Source of the DNA: an uncultured Acidobacteriota bacterium
GTDB lineage: Bacteria > Acidobacteriota > Vicinamibacteria > Vicinamibacterales > 2-12-FULL-66-21
Direction: 5' to 3'
Length of the DNA stretch: 64,000 nt
Assembly (NCBI GenBank): GCA_963762995.1
Contig: CAVXMQ010000025.1
Span: 269,749 to 333,748 of the forward strand
The translations under genes and the position numbers were made by a program. Positions 20,494 through 30,870 of this stretch are shown here, piece after piece (position 1 is the first letter of the stretch; each line of letters begins with the position of its first letter). A model generated the notes under the pieces. That model made no database searches. It saw nothing but the letters and a program-made list of their open reading frames with translations, and was not told where the DNA came from.

Positions 20494-21834
20494 TCAGAAC
20501 GCGTAGTTGACGCCGAAGTTCAGCGTCGGACGCATCGCCTGCATGCCTGAACTGCCGGCGGGGAGGATGGCAAAGATCGACGCCAGCCACTTGCCCGACA
20601 TCCGCACCTTTCCACCAAACGAGAAGAAGAACAGGTTGATGTCTTGTTCCTGCGCGGTGAAGTCCCGCACTTCAAATACTTCCCGCGTGTAGAGTGACGT
20701 CACTTCGCCGAGCCGTTCCGTGCTGTCGAAGGTCGCCACGCTGAAGACGCGGCGTCCGACGAGTTCCGCCGCCAGGGTGACTCGCCTCGGGATCACGCGA
20801 AAGCTGGCGCCCAGGTTGTAGGTGAACTCGTTGAAGAGATCTCCCGTAGCGACCACGTATCCGATGTTGACGTGAGGGGAGAATCCCTCCCGCTCCATCG
20901 AGCCGATGAATTCGAATTGCGTGCGCGATTCTCCTGTGCCGGTCATGTCTTCCAGCGAACCGGTCGGAAATGTCGTGCGAACCGCGACTGCCGCTCCCGC
21001 TTCCGCTTTTCGCACGATTGCGAACTTCGCGCCGACGCCGATATCTCCGAACCCCGTCGAACTGCCATCAACGTAGTAGCGGCCCCCGACGCCCTCCGTC
21101 CTGAACGGCGAAATCGACCCGTCGGCGTTCTGGACGGTGTCGATGAACTCGTTCGATCCGACGACACTGGTGTGGATGATCGGGATCGCGAAGCTCACGT
21201 CGAACCGTTCCGCCAAGCCGTAGGTGCCGGATGCGGAATACGAGGTCGTTGAGATATCCATGCGACAGATCCCCACGTAGCCGCTCCCCGCGTTGTCGTA
21301 GTTGGTATCTCCCCACAGCAGCCCTTCGGTGCTGTTGCGGACGTCGGAGCCGTTGACCGAACGCCAGCGCAGCGTGTTGACGTTGAAGGTGACGCTGAGA
21401 TTCTTCGCACCGTTCGTCAGCGCACGCTCGCCGAAGAGTGGTGCATAGAGTTCGCTCTCCCGCACCGGAACCGGCGCCCCTTTGAGCGTGAACGTGAAAC
21501 CGCCGCCGGTCGATGGACTGGGGAACGTCTGCGTCTGGGTGGCAATCAGTTGCCGGAGTGAGTTCGACACATCAGCCTGAGTGATGTCGCCGTTGAAGTT
21601 CAGTCGCGTGTTCTGGTAAGTCGCGGTCACAAATGTGCCAAGCAGAGGATCTCCGGGACAGTCTGCACCGCCGTTGCAATCGAGCGCTCCGAACGTGATG
21701 CGGTCCATCGCTCGTCCCGCGCTGCTTTCCTTCACGGGCGTGGCCGGGCTGGCGCCCACCACCTGCGCATATACATCGCCGACACAAAGAATCGTCAGGA
21801 TACTCACGGTGACGACGGCAGCAATCTTTCTCAT
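20494..21834 (-). CDS. Outer-membrane beta-barrel protein
   Basis: The signal peptide is MRKIAAVVTVSILTILCVGDVYAQ. Amphipathic strands alternate, and the C-terminus ends in NFGVNYAF (terminal aromatic residue). Confidence 0.7.
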   Translation of the reverse strand: MRKIAAVVTVSILTILCVGDVYAQVVGASPATPVKESSAGRAMDRITFGALDCNGGADCPGDPLLGTFVTATYQNTRLNFNGDITQADVSNSLRQLIATQTQTFPSPSTGGGFTFTLKGAPVPVRESELYAPLFGERALTNGAKNLSVTFNVNTLRWRSVNGSDVRNSTEGLLWGDTNYDNAGSGYVGICRMDISTTSYSASGTYGLAERFDVSFAIPIIHTSVVGSNEFIDTVQNADGSISPFRTEGVGGRYYVDGSSTGFGDIGVGAKFAIVRKAEAGAAVAVRTTFPTGSLEDMTGTGESRTQFEFIGSMEREGFSPHVNIGYVVATGDLFNEFTYNLGASFRVIPRRVTLAAELVGRRVFSVATFDSTERLGEVTSLYTREVFEVRDFTAQEQDINLFFFSFGGKVRMSGKWLASIFAILPAGSSGMQAMRPTLNFGVNYAF

Positions 21835-22208
21835 AGGCCTCCCCTGAAAAAGACGATGAAGGCGCAGACGTATTGAGGTGGGCGCGAGACTATCGGCAAC
21901 GTGGGAAAAATGTCCAGATGCACTCTGTTGTCTCTCAGCGTTGCAGGGCTCGGTTACTATGGGACGGGGATCGTTGCTGCGACCACTGGTCCCGAACGCG
22001 GTGAATATGGGTGATCTTTACTTCGACGGTGATCCGGCAGTAGACAGTCCGCGTCGCCACATGGAGCGGGTGCTGAAGGGGGAAGGGAGCCGCAAGAAGT
22101 GGCCCTTGGTCCTGATGGCGCTCGGTGGTGGCGGATTGTGGGCGATCTGGAAAACCGCGGCGCAGGGGGGACGCGGAACCAGCAAAGACTGCCATCAAGT
22201 AGGCGCCC

Positions 22209-22940
22209 ATGAAACTCGCCGCGTCGCTCGTGCTCGCGCTGTTCTTCGCGGTTCCCGCGGCCGCGCCCAAGATCACCAAAGAAACGCTCGACGTCGGCGG
22301 CACCGCGCGGACGTTCTATCTCTTCGTCCCCGAAAAATTCCAAGGCCAAGCGGCGCCGCTCATCGTTACGCTGCACGGGTCCGGCCGTGACGGCCGGATT
22401 CTCGTCGAGCACTGGCAGAGCCTCGCGTCGAAGGAGGGGATCATCCTTGCCGGTCCCGACGCCACTCAGCGCCAGGAGTGGCACGGCGCGATCGACGGGC
22501 CCGCGTTCCTGCACGCGCTCGTCGAGCATCTGAAGGTGAAGTATCCCGTCGACTTCAAGCGCGTGTATCTCTTCGGCCACTCCGCCGGCGCGATCCACGG
22601 CCTCGGCCTTGGCGTGCTCGAGTCCGAGTACTTCGCCGCCGTCGCGGCGCACGCCGGCGTCCTGCCGCCGGACTACGCTCCGTACGCGCGCCAAGCCCCG
22701 CGCAAGATCCCGATGGCGATCTGGGTCGGCACCGACGACCGCTTCTTCCCGATCGCCCTGGTCCGCGAAACGCGCGACCTGCTCCTCAGCCGCAACTTCC
22801 CAGTCGAACTCACCGAGATCAAGGGCCACACCCACGACTATTACAGCCGCTCGTCCTCCATCAATAAGGAGGCGTGGGCCTTCTTACAGAAGCAGAAGCT
22901 GGAAGGCGAGCCGAAGTATCAGGTCTACAACATCCGGTAA
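22209..22940 (+). CDS. Secreted alpha/beta hydrolase (esterase / PHB-depolymerase-like)
   Basis: A signal peptide is present, with LIVTLHGSG and the nucleophile elbow LFGHSAGA. Confidence 0.7.
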   Translation: MKLAASLVLALFFAVPAAAPKITKETLDVGGTARTFYLFVPEKFQGQAAPLIVTLHGSGRDGRILVEHWQSLASKEGIILAGPDATQRQEWHGAIDGPAFLHALVEHLKVKYPVDFKRVYLFGHSAGAIHGLGLGVLESEYFAAVAAHAGVLPPDYAPYARQAPRKIPMAIWVGTDDRFFPIALVRETRDLLLSRNFPVELTEIKGHTHDYYSRSSSINKEAWAFLQKQKLEGEPKYQVYNIR

Positions 22941-22944
22941 CCAC

Positions 22945-23065
22945 CCCACCTCATTCAACGACACCCGCTGTTTGTTTTTGACCCCGATGTCGCGACTCCT
23001 GGGACCAAAAACAAAGACTCTCTGTGTTCTTCTGTGTTTCTTCTGTGTCTCTTCTGTGGCCTTTA
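22945..23065. repeat. Partial copy of a dispersed MITE-like element (core + right arm)
   Basis: It shares CAACGACA.CCGC, TTTTT.ACCCCGA.GTCGCGA, AAAACA.AAAG and the CTCTGT(G/T)TTCT run with the element at 38262-38437. Confidence 0.7.
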
Positions 23066-23102
23066 GTTGTATATTTCGCACATCCAGCTCAGGAGTGACG
23101 AG

Positions 23103-25347
23103 ATGATTCGACGAGTGGCGACGGTTGCCGCAATCGTGGCGGCGGTGTGTTCCGGTACGGCGATGGGTGCGCGGCAGGCGCCCGCGAAGGTGGACTTCGC
23201 GACCCAGGTGCAGCCGATCTTCCGGCAGTACCTGCTACGACTGCCACAGCGCCAAGGAGCAGAAGAACGGCTTTCGCCTCGACCGCCGCAAGGACGCGTT
23301 CCGCGGTGGGACGATTGCCATGATCGGTCCCGGAAACTCCGACGGCAGCCGCCTCTATCACAAGCTGATTGGGGAGAGGTTCGGACCGCAGATGCCCCCC
23401 ACCGGGGCCTTGCCGCCGGCGCACGTCGCCACCATCAAGCGGTGGATCGACGAGGGGGCCGAGTGGCCGGACGCACTGTCGGGTGAGACGCCTCCGCCGC
23501 CGCCGGATCCCGCCGCGTCCGCGATGCTCGATGCGTTGCGTACCGGCGACCGCGCGCGGATCGACTCGATGCTCGCCGCCGACGCGACCGCGTTGAACAA
23601 GAAGGGGCCGGGCGGCAAGACGCCGCTGATGTACGCGACGCTCTACAGCGATGCCGCGACGGTGCGCCGCTTGCTGGAGCGTGGCGCGGATCCCAACATT
23701 GCCGACGAATCCGATGCGACGCCACTGATGTGGGCGGTGACGGATCTCGAGAAGGCCCGTCTGCTCCTCGAGCGCGGCGCGGACGTCAACGCTCGCTCCC
23801 TCGACGGTCGCACGCCGTTGTTGATCGCCGCGGGAACCCCCGGCAACACCGAGGTGGGGAAACTGTTGATCGATCGCGGCGCCAAGGTCTCCGCGAAGGG
23901 TCCTGGACTCATTGGCGAAACGACGCCGCTCCTCCAGGCGCTCTTCTCGGGTGACGAGCCGATGTTCCAGCTGCTCGTGGAGCGCGGCGCCAGCATTGAG
24001 GACGCCGGCTTCCCCGCGCTCGGGCTCGCCATGCGCGCGCAGTGCGGCGGCTGCATCGAGACCATCCTCAAGCGTCTCCATCCGAGCCAGATGACGCCGA
24101 CGATGATGCTCGGGTCGCCGCCGCGGGGCCCGGCGCTCGCTGCGCCGATGCTGCTCGAGCGAGGTGCCGACGCCAACGCGCGCGACCTCGAGGGTCGTAC
24201 CGCGCTCATGCTGGCCGCGGCCTCCGAGGCGATTCCGGCGCAGGCCGTCGAGGCGCTCATCGCACGCGGGGCCGAGGTCAACGCGAAGGATCCCGAGGGA
24301 ATGACGGCGTTGAACTTCGCGAAGATGCGCGGCGACACGCCGGTCACGAAGCTATTGATGAAAGCTGGCGCCGTGGAAGGGACCGCGCGTCCGTTCCCGA
24401 CCTTGAAGTATGCCCCTGCAGCGTCGCCGCGCGCCGCAGTGGCACGTGCGCTGCCGTTGCTGCAGCAGACCGACGTGACGTTCATGAAGAAGTCCGCCTG
24501 CGTGTCGTGCCATCACAACTCGGTCGGTGCGATGACCGTGTCGCTGGCGCGCAGCCAGGGCGTGGCGGTGAACGAGTCCATCGCGAAAGCGCAGGCATCC
24601 GCGATTGGGCGCTATGTGGGCAACTGGGGCGATCGCGCCCTGCAGGGGATCGGGATCCCGGGGGATGCCGACACCGTCAGCTACATCCTGCTCGGGCTCG
24701 CGGCGGAACGCTATCCGCAGGACGCCGGCACCGACGCGATGGCCTACTTCCTCCGTCACTCGCAGGTGTCCGACGGCTCCTGGCGCACCCTGGCTCATCG
24801 CCCGCCTATCGAGGTCGATCCGCTGCAGGTGACCGCGATGGCGATGCGCGCGCTGCAGGTTTACGCGCCGGCCACGCAGCGGGATGCCTATCGTCCGACC
24901 ATCGACAAGGCCGCCGCCTGGATCGCGAAGACGCCGGCACAGTCCTCGGAAGGGCGTGCCTTCAAGCTCCTCGGTCTCCATTGGAGCAACGCCGGCGGAG
25001 TTGAGATTCAGAAGGCGGCGAAGGCGATCCTGGCGGAGCAGCGTCCCGACGGCGGCTGGTCGCAGTTGCCCACGCTTCCAAGTGACGCGTACGCGACCGG
25101 CGAGTCGCTCGTCGCCCTCGTCCAGAGCGGCGCGCTCACGGCGGCCGATCCCGCCTACAAGCGCGGGGTGCAGTACCTACTCAAGACGCAGCTCGCCGAC
25201 GGCTCGTGGTTCGTGCGCAGCCGTGCGCTGCCGATCCAGCCGCACTTCGAGTCGGACTTCCCGTACGGAAAGGACCAATTCATTTCAGCCGCGGGCACCA
25301 ACTGGGCCGCGATGGCGCTGACATACGCGGTGCGCAGCGGCTCGTAG
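23103..25347 (+). CDS. PSCyt1 (planctomycete cytochrome c-like) - ankyrin repeats - prenyltransferase/terpene-cyclase-like repeat protein (one frame change near 23232)
   Basis: A signal peptide is followed by VDFATQVQPIFRQ..CYDCHSAKEQKNGFRLD (CxxCH). Ankyrin units are GKTPLMYA, DATPLMWA, GRTPLLIA and GRTALMLA. C-terminal repeats are QVSDGSW, QRPDGGW and QLADGSW. Confidence 0.75.
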
Positions 25348-25352
25348 CGCGT

Positions 25353-25446
25353 CGGTGTTCGGTATTCGGTATTCGGTGTTCGGTATTCGGTCTCCGAGAT
25401 CCGGTACCGAGCACCCAGTACCCAGCATCTAGCACCCAGCACCCGA
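25353..25446. repeat. Two adjacent heptamer arrays: (CGGT[A/G]TT)n then (CACCCAG-like)n
   Basis: cggtgttcggtattcggtattcggtgttcggtattcgg ... gcacccagtacccagcatctagcacccagcacccga was read directly downstream of the stop at 25347. Confidence 0.85.
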
Positions 25447-25614
25447 TCCGCGTGATATACTGCCCTCACACACTTTCCTGAGCCACCGGCAACGCGAGGC
25501 CGCTCTCACCAAAGCGGGAGGCCCTCCATGCTGCGTCGTACACGTCGCTCCCTTCACATCACCCGTGCTGTTCCCCTTCGAGTGGCACCCGTGTCGCTTC
25601 CGGACGGAATGTTC

Positions 25615-25851
25615 ATGAAAAGATTCGACTACAAGTCCACGGCGGCGGCGTTCGCCCTCGTGATCCCCATTTGCCTCGCCCTGTGGATGCTGGCGGTTCC
25701 GACAACGATGGCGCCCGTCACGTTCGTGGCGGTCACCGTTGTCATGATCGGTGGCACAGTCGTGGCGCTCAACACCTGGGCGAATGGCCGGCCGACCCGC
25801 ACGATCGCGCATGTGCTGAACGACACCGAGGGGACGGCGCCTCGTGAGTAG
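25615..25851 (+). CDS. Small hypothetical membrane protein
   Basis: MKRFDYKSTAAAFALVIPICLALWMLAV...VAVTVVMIGGTVVAL contains two predicted TM helices. The start choice is tentative. Confidence 0.35.
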   Translation: MKRFDYKSTAAAFALVIPICLALWMLAVPTTMAPVTFVAVTVVMIGGTVVALNTWANGRPTRTIAHVLNDTEGTAPRE

Positions 25852-25887
25852 CGGCAGCCCCGACCACTTAACGCCGACGATCGACCC

Positions 25888-26040
25888 ATGTTGACCGCCG
25901 CCCTCGTCGTCGTCGCCATCGTTGTCGTCATCGCGGTGCTGCGTCTTCGCAGCCGCGGGTCGGCGAAGGCGTCTGACCTCGGGGCCATCAGCGAAGCCTG
26001 GCTCGCCGAAGAAAAGACCTCAGGGGGGAGGCGCTACTAG
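25888..26040 (+). CDS. Very small (50 aa) single-TM protein, not in the ORF track
   Basis: My own translation is MLTAALVVVAIVVVIAVLRLRSRGSAKASDLGAISEAWLAEEKTSGGRRY-stop. Confidence 0.25.
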   Translation: MLTAALVVVAIVVVIAVLRLRSRGSAKASDLGAISEAWLAEEKTSGGRRY

Positions 26041-26064
26041 GCACCCGAATTCTGATCGCGCCTC

Positions 26065-27054
26065 TTAACGCGCCGCGCTAGGCCCGACCTTCTTGAAAGC
26101 CTCCCAGTCGGTCCCGGAGCAGAGTGGGACATTCACCGTACCCAATCCGTATGCTGGCGTATTGAAGTCCCCCGTCAGAACAACCACACCGGATTCGGTT
26201 GCGGAGAATCTGCCCGCCTCTACAGCAACGGGAGCCGACAGCATTACCGGCGCGCCGTTGCAGGACGCGCTGACGATTGCCTTGTTACGGATGGTGAACC
26301 GAAAAAGGTGTTCCCAGTGGCTTCCGGCAAGTCCTTCCCAGTCTCCGTCGAGATCGAAACTCTGTGGTGCGGCGAACCTGTATCCGCCGCTCACGGTGTC
26401 CGATTTTCCATCTGTGTTCATGACCGCGACGTCGACGCGGCCTTCCGGGTGTGCGACGGTATGCACGGCTGCCGACGTTCCCTCCTGAAAAACATTTACC
26501 TGGGTTCGGACGCCATCGACGATCACCGCCATGCCAGAACGAAATCCGGTGCCCCTGATGGAAATCCACGTGCCACCGCTTATCGAGCCCAACGTAGGAG
26601 AGATAGAGGTAATCTTCGGCGGACCAAAGTCCGGGTCAGGGGCATAGGTGAACGCCTCTGCCAGCGATGCGCTGCGGCCATCAGGGTTCGTCACCACGAC
26701 TCCTACGACACCCACCGCGTGCATCCCAGTGGATGCCGTCATCGAAGTGCTCGTGAAGGCGGTGACTGACGCTCTCACGCCTCCGATCATGACGGTGGCG
26801 CCGGAGACGAATCCGTCGCCCGTGAGGGTCACTGGCGTACCGCCGCCTGCAGGACCGGTGCTCGGCGACACTGCCGTCAGCGTCAGCGGGGTCGGTGCAG
26901 GACTAGGCGTCGGCGCAGGACCAGGGGGCTTCGGAGCTGTCGGCGAGTCCCCGCAGCCCGCACTGCCGGCAGCAATGAAACCCGCGGTGATCGCACCGGC
27001 CAGCCAGCGGGCGACGATCTGCATCTCTTTGCGAACGCGATTCTGTGTGGCCAT
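26065..27054 (-). CDS. Lipoprotein with two IPT/TIG domains
   Basis: The lipobox is AAGSAGC. LTAVSPSTGPAGGGTPVTLTGDGF and ITSISPTLGSISGGTWISIRGTGF are IPT/TIG signatures. ATG at 27052-27054. Confidence 0.75.
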   Translation of the reverse strand: MATQNRVRKEMQIVARWLAGAITAGFIAAGSAGCGDSPTAPKPPGPAPTPSPAPTPLTLTAVSPSTGPAGGGTPVTLTGDGFVSGATVMIGGVRASVTAFTSTSMTASTGMHAVGVVGVVVTNPDGRSASLAEAFTYAPDPDFGPPKITSISPTLGSISGGTWISIRGTGFRSGMAVIVDGVRTQVNVFQEGTSAAVHTVAHPEGRVDVAVMNTDGKSDTVSGGYRFAAPQSFDLDGDWEGLAGSHWEHLFRFTIRNKAIVSASCNGAPVMLSAPVAVEAGRFSATESGVVVLTGDFNTPAYGLGTVNVPLCSGTDWEAFKKVGPSAAR

Positions 27055-27089
27055 GTCATGTCTTCCTTTTGCCTTCGGGGTAACGAACA

Positions 27090-27914
27090 TCAGCGGCGAT
27101 CGAGGATCAGCCGATGGTTTGTGGACTCGCATCGCGGAAACGCCTGACCCGCACTGCAGAGAAAACCGGATGACATCGGCGAGTTCTCGCGGTACTGGAT
27201 GTAGCCGCGCACAGGAATCGAGATGGTTGTCGCGCCTGTCTCCACCGTCACCGATCCCGCCACGTGAACACCGAGATAGCTGTTCTCGGCAATGCGCTCC
27301 ACGAGCCACGGATGTCCATCGAACTCGGTCGAGAACGTCACCTGATTGCCCGAGATGTAGGTGGCGATCTCGTTGTAATCCGTAAGGAATGACGGGTGGG
27401 TGAACCGCCCGAACCCCGATTGGATGGTCAGTCGGTAGGTTCGCGTTCGCAGTTCCTCCGGCAGGCCTTGGCACGCTGGATCGGCGAGCAGAGTCGCGGT
27501 GTAGTCACCCCTCAGGTCGACCGGCGGGGCGAGCGCCTCCAGGACGAACTCGAGAGACGACGCGAAATTCAGCGACGCGTCCGAGTAGCCTTCCTTGCTC
27601 ACCCGGATCGTCTCAGCCCGGTTGAAATCCCCGGTGAGTACGAATATCCCCCCGCCGTCCGTCGTCGTAGCGGTCCCCGCGCTCGGACCGTCGACGACTT
27701 CGACCTTCGCTCCCTGTATCCTCTGGTAGGCGCGATTGCGGACGATGCCGCCCCGAGTAACGACGACGGGCGCGGATCCTGGTGGCGGCGTGGGAGTTGT
27801 CGGGGAGCCCCCGCAACCGGCACTCACCGCAGCAAGGAGGCCCGCGGTGATTCCACCGGCCAACCAGCCAGCGACGATCTGAATGTCTTTGCCAACGCGA
27901 TCGTGTGTTGCCAC
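27090..27914 (-). CDS. Lipoprotein with carboxypeptidase-regulatory-like domain (paralog 2 of a tandem array)
   Basis: The lipobox is AVSAGC. GAKVEVVDGPSAGTATTTDGGGIFVL is a CarboxypepD_reg-like strand pair. The N-terminus is about 70 percent identical by eye to that of the downstream gene. Confidence 0.7.
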   Translation of the reverse strand: MATHDRVGKDIQIVAGWLAGGITAGLLAAVSAGCGGSPTTPTPPPGSAPVVVTRGGIVRNRAYQRIQGAKVEVVDGPSAGTATTTDGGGIFVLTGDFNRAETIRVSKEGYSDASLNFASSLEFVLEALAPPVDLRGDYTATLLADPACQGLPEELRTRTYRLTIQSGFGRFTHPSFLTDYNEIATYISGNQVTFSTEFDGHPWLVERIAENSYLGVHVAGSVTVETGATTISIPVRGYIQYRENSPMSSGFLCSAGQAFPRCESTNHRLILDRR

Positions 27915-27947
27915 GTCGTGCCTTCCTTTGCCTCGGGGTAACGAACG

Positions 27948-28749
27948 TCAGCGGCGATCGAGGATCAGCCGATGGTTTTGGGACACGCACTTCGACGCCG
28001 GTTGATTCCCGATGCACGGGAACTGAGACGACATCGGTGAGTAGTCGCAGTACCTGGATGTACCCGGTGAGGGGAATTGAGATGGTGGTGATGGGCGGGT
28101 CGACGGACGCCGAACCCACCACCGTGAACAACGAGATAGCTGTTCTCGGCAATGCGCTCCACGAGCGACGGAATGCCGTCGAACTCGGTAGAGAACGTGA
28201 CGTGGTTGCCGGATCTAAAAATCCAGAGCTCGTTCCGGTCATCGAGAAACGACGCGCCGCTGAATGATCCGTGGCCTCGATTCCGCTCTCAGGTGGTACG
28301 TCCGTGTCCGCACCGTCTCAGGCAGGCCCGCACACGCCGGATCGGCGATGAGGGTTGCGGTGTAATCACCCCTAACGTCGATCGACGGAGCGAGCGACTC
28401 GAGAAAGAACTCGAGAGCGGACGCGAAATTCCGGGACATGTCCGAGTAGCCCTCCTTGCTCGCCCGGATGGTCTCGCCCCGGTTGAATGGGACGGTGAAC
28501 GTGAAAGCGCCGGCACCGTCGGTCGTCGTCACGGTTCCGGCGCTCGGCCCGCCGACGACTTCCACCCTCGCCCCCAGCACCGGCATATGCAGCGCGATTC
28601 CAGACGATGCCGCTCAAAGTGACTACAGCGGCCCCTGGGTCTGGTGCCGGCCCTGGCGGCGGCACTCGCGACGGCGCCGTCGGTCCGCAACCCACGAGCA
28701 TCGGGGTGAGCACCGAAAGCAGGACTGCTGTTCGCGCTGTGTTCGTCAT
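27948..28749 (-). pseudogene. Degenerate third paralog of the lipoprotein family (several frame changes)
   Basis: Pieces homologous to paralog 2 lie in three frames: MTNTARTAVLLSVLTPMLVGCG, GARVEVVGGPSAGTVTTTDGAGAF...GDYTATLIADPAC, ERIAENSYL, ITTISIPLTGYIQ and HRLILDRR. Confidence 0.7.
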
Positions 28750-28859
28750 GCGACGCAGTGTTCGTCGAATCACCTGGCGATGACGATGGAGAGGCGATGA
28801 ACCGCGTCTGAAGGTTTTCTGAACCCGTAAATCATTGATGGCGTGGACGTTGGGGTAGA

Positions 28860-30870
28860 ATGGCGCCCCTGCACATGCTCGAACGTCCATCGCCGCACCG
28901 GCTTCGCTTCGGCGATTTCGACCTGGACGTTCACGCGTACGAGCTCCGTCGTCGCGGCCGCGCCGTCCGGCTCGAGCGGCTGGCGATGGACCTGCTTCTC
29001 CTGCTCGTCGACCGCAGAGGTCAGCTCGTGACGCGCAGCGAGATCGTGGACCGCCTCTGGGGGCAGGACGTGTTTCTGGAGGTGGACGCCAGCGTCAATA
29101 CCCTGGTGCGCAAGGTGCGGCGGGCATTAGGTGATCCCGTCGACCACCCGCGATTCATCCAGACCGTTCAGGGCAAGGGCTATCGCTTCATCGCGGATGT
29201 CGAGGTCATTTCCCCCGCGGCAACGCCCTCGCGACAAAGCCCTCGACGCAACAACCCGTAGCGCAGGACGTCGGTCCGCTGCGACAGACCGCCGCCTGCC
29301 ACCCAACCGCGCGTTCCACGACGGACATCGATCGGCGCGATCATCGCGGTGGGGCTCACAGGGATCCTTTTGGTCGTCGCGATTGGCTGGGCGGTCGTGG
29401 GGGCGGTTGGGCCAGCCGACAGCGCCGGTCAGGGTCGCCATCATGCCCTTCGACAATTTCGGAGGGGATCCGGCGCTGGATTACCTGACCGATGGACTGA
29501 CCGAGGAGACGGCGGCTTCGCTGGGGCAGATCATCGATGCCGAGCGCGTCACGGTGATCGGTCGCATGTCGACCCGGTCCTATAAGGGCAGCACGAAGTC
29601 TCTGTCGGAGATCGGCCGCGAACTGACCGCTGACTATTTGATCGTTGGATCGATCAGGGCAGAAGAGGGCCGCTGGCGCGTCACCTCCAGTCTCGTTCGC
29701 GTCAGTGACCAGAAGCAGGTATGGTCGGACTCGTACGAGCGTGAACCGAAAAGCCTGTTGGCGATGCAGCAGGAGCTGGGCAGGGCGGTTGCGCAGGAGA
29801 TCCGGCTGCGCCTGTCCCCCGAACGCGTCGAAGGGTTGGCGCAGCGGCAGACGCCGAACACCGAAGCCAACGACTCCTATTGGAAGGGGCGCTATCTCGC
29901 GAATCAGCTCACGCCGGCGGCGAGCAAGCTTGCCCTCGAAGCGTACGGCCGCGCGACCATGCTCGACCCAAACTATGCGCTCGCCTGGTCGGGCATTGCC
30001 GATGCCCTGACGCAGGGGACGATCAGCGGTGACGCTCGCCCGCTGACGGTGTGGCCGCGGGCGCGCGACGCCGCGGAACGCGCCCTGAAGGCGGGGCCGA
30101 TGCTGGCGGAAACGCATACGTCAGTCGGCCTTCAGCAGTTTTTCCTGGAATGGAACTGGCCTCGGGCAGAAGCGGATTTTCGCCACGCCGTCAAGATCGA
30201 CCCGACCAACGCGATGGCTCACCGCGTACTGGGCGTCGTGCTCTCGCAAATGAACCGGCCCGACGAAGCCCGGGCGGAGCTGCGCCGCGCGCGCGAGCTC
30301 GAGCCGGGGCACGCGGTGAATTATGCCCTCTCGGGCATGGTCGAATTTTATGGCGGCGACCTGGAGACCGCAGTGACCCATGCGCGCCAGGGCGTCGCGC
30401 TCGACCCGGACTTCTGGGTCGCGCGCTTCCATCTCGCGCAGGCGTACGAGCAGTTGGGCCTCAACGATCGGGCGCTGGAAGAGATCGCGACCGGCGCGCG
30501 GCTCTCCAACAGCAACAGCAAGGCGCTGTCGCTCCGGGGTTACATCCTGGCGAAAACGCAGCGTCGCGGCGAAGCCGTAGACATCCTCAGCGCGCTGGAG
30601 CAGCTGGCAACCGCTCGCTACGTGCCGCCGTACGCGCACGCGCTCGTGCATGCGGGCCTCGGGAATGCTGACGAGGCCTTCTCATGGCTCGAGAAGGCCT
30701 TCGAACAGCGAGACGTGCATCTGATATTCCTGCCTGTGGATCCGAAATGGAATCCCTTCCGGCAGGATCCGCGCTTTCAGAACCTTCTCGCGCGCTGCGG
30801 GTTCGCGTCGACGCGTGCCGACAAGGTGACGGCAGACGCTACCGCGCGCCGAGGTGGAGGCGCGCGCTGA
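28860..30870 (+). pseudogene. CadC/OmpR-type winged-helix regulator - TM - TolB-N-like - TPR protein (2 or more frame changes at 29.25-29.42 kb)
   Basis: FGDFDLDVHAYELRRRGRAVRLERLAMDLLLLLV...VNTLVRKVRRAL...IQTVQGKGYRF is the DNA-binding domain. The TM helix IIAVGLTGILLVVAIGWAVV is in a second frame. VAIMPFDNFGGDPALDYLTDGL plus the TPRs are in ORF 29131-30870. Confidence 0.75.

Noticed and set aside
21957-22835. 292-aa minus-strand ORF over the esterase gene
   Set aside because: It is a shadow ORF. The plus-strand product has a signal peptide and a GHSAG nucleophile elbow.
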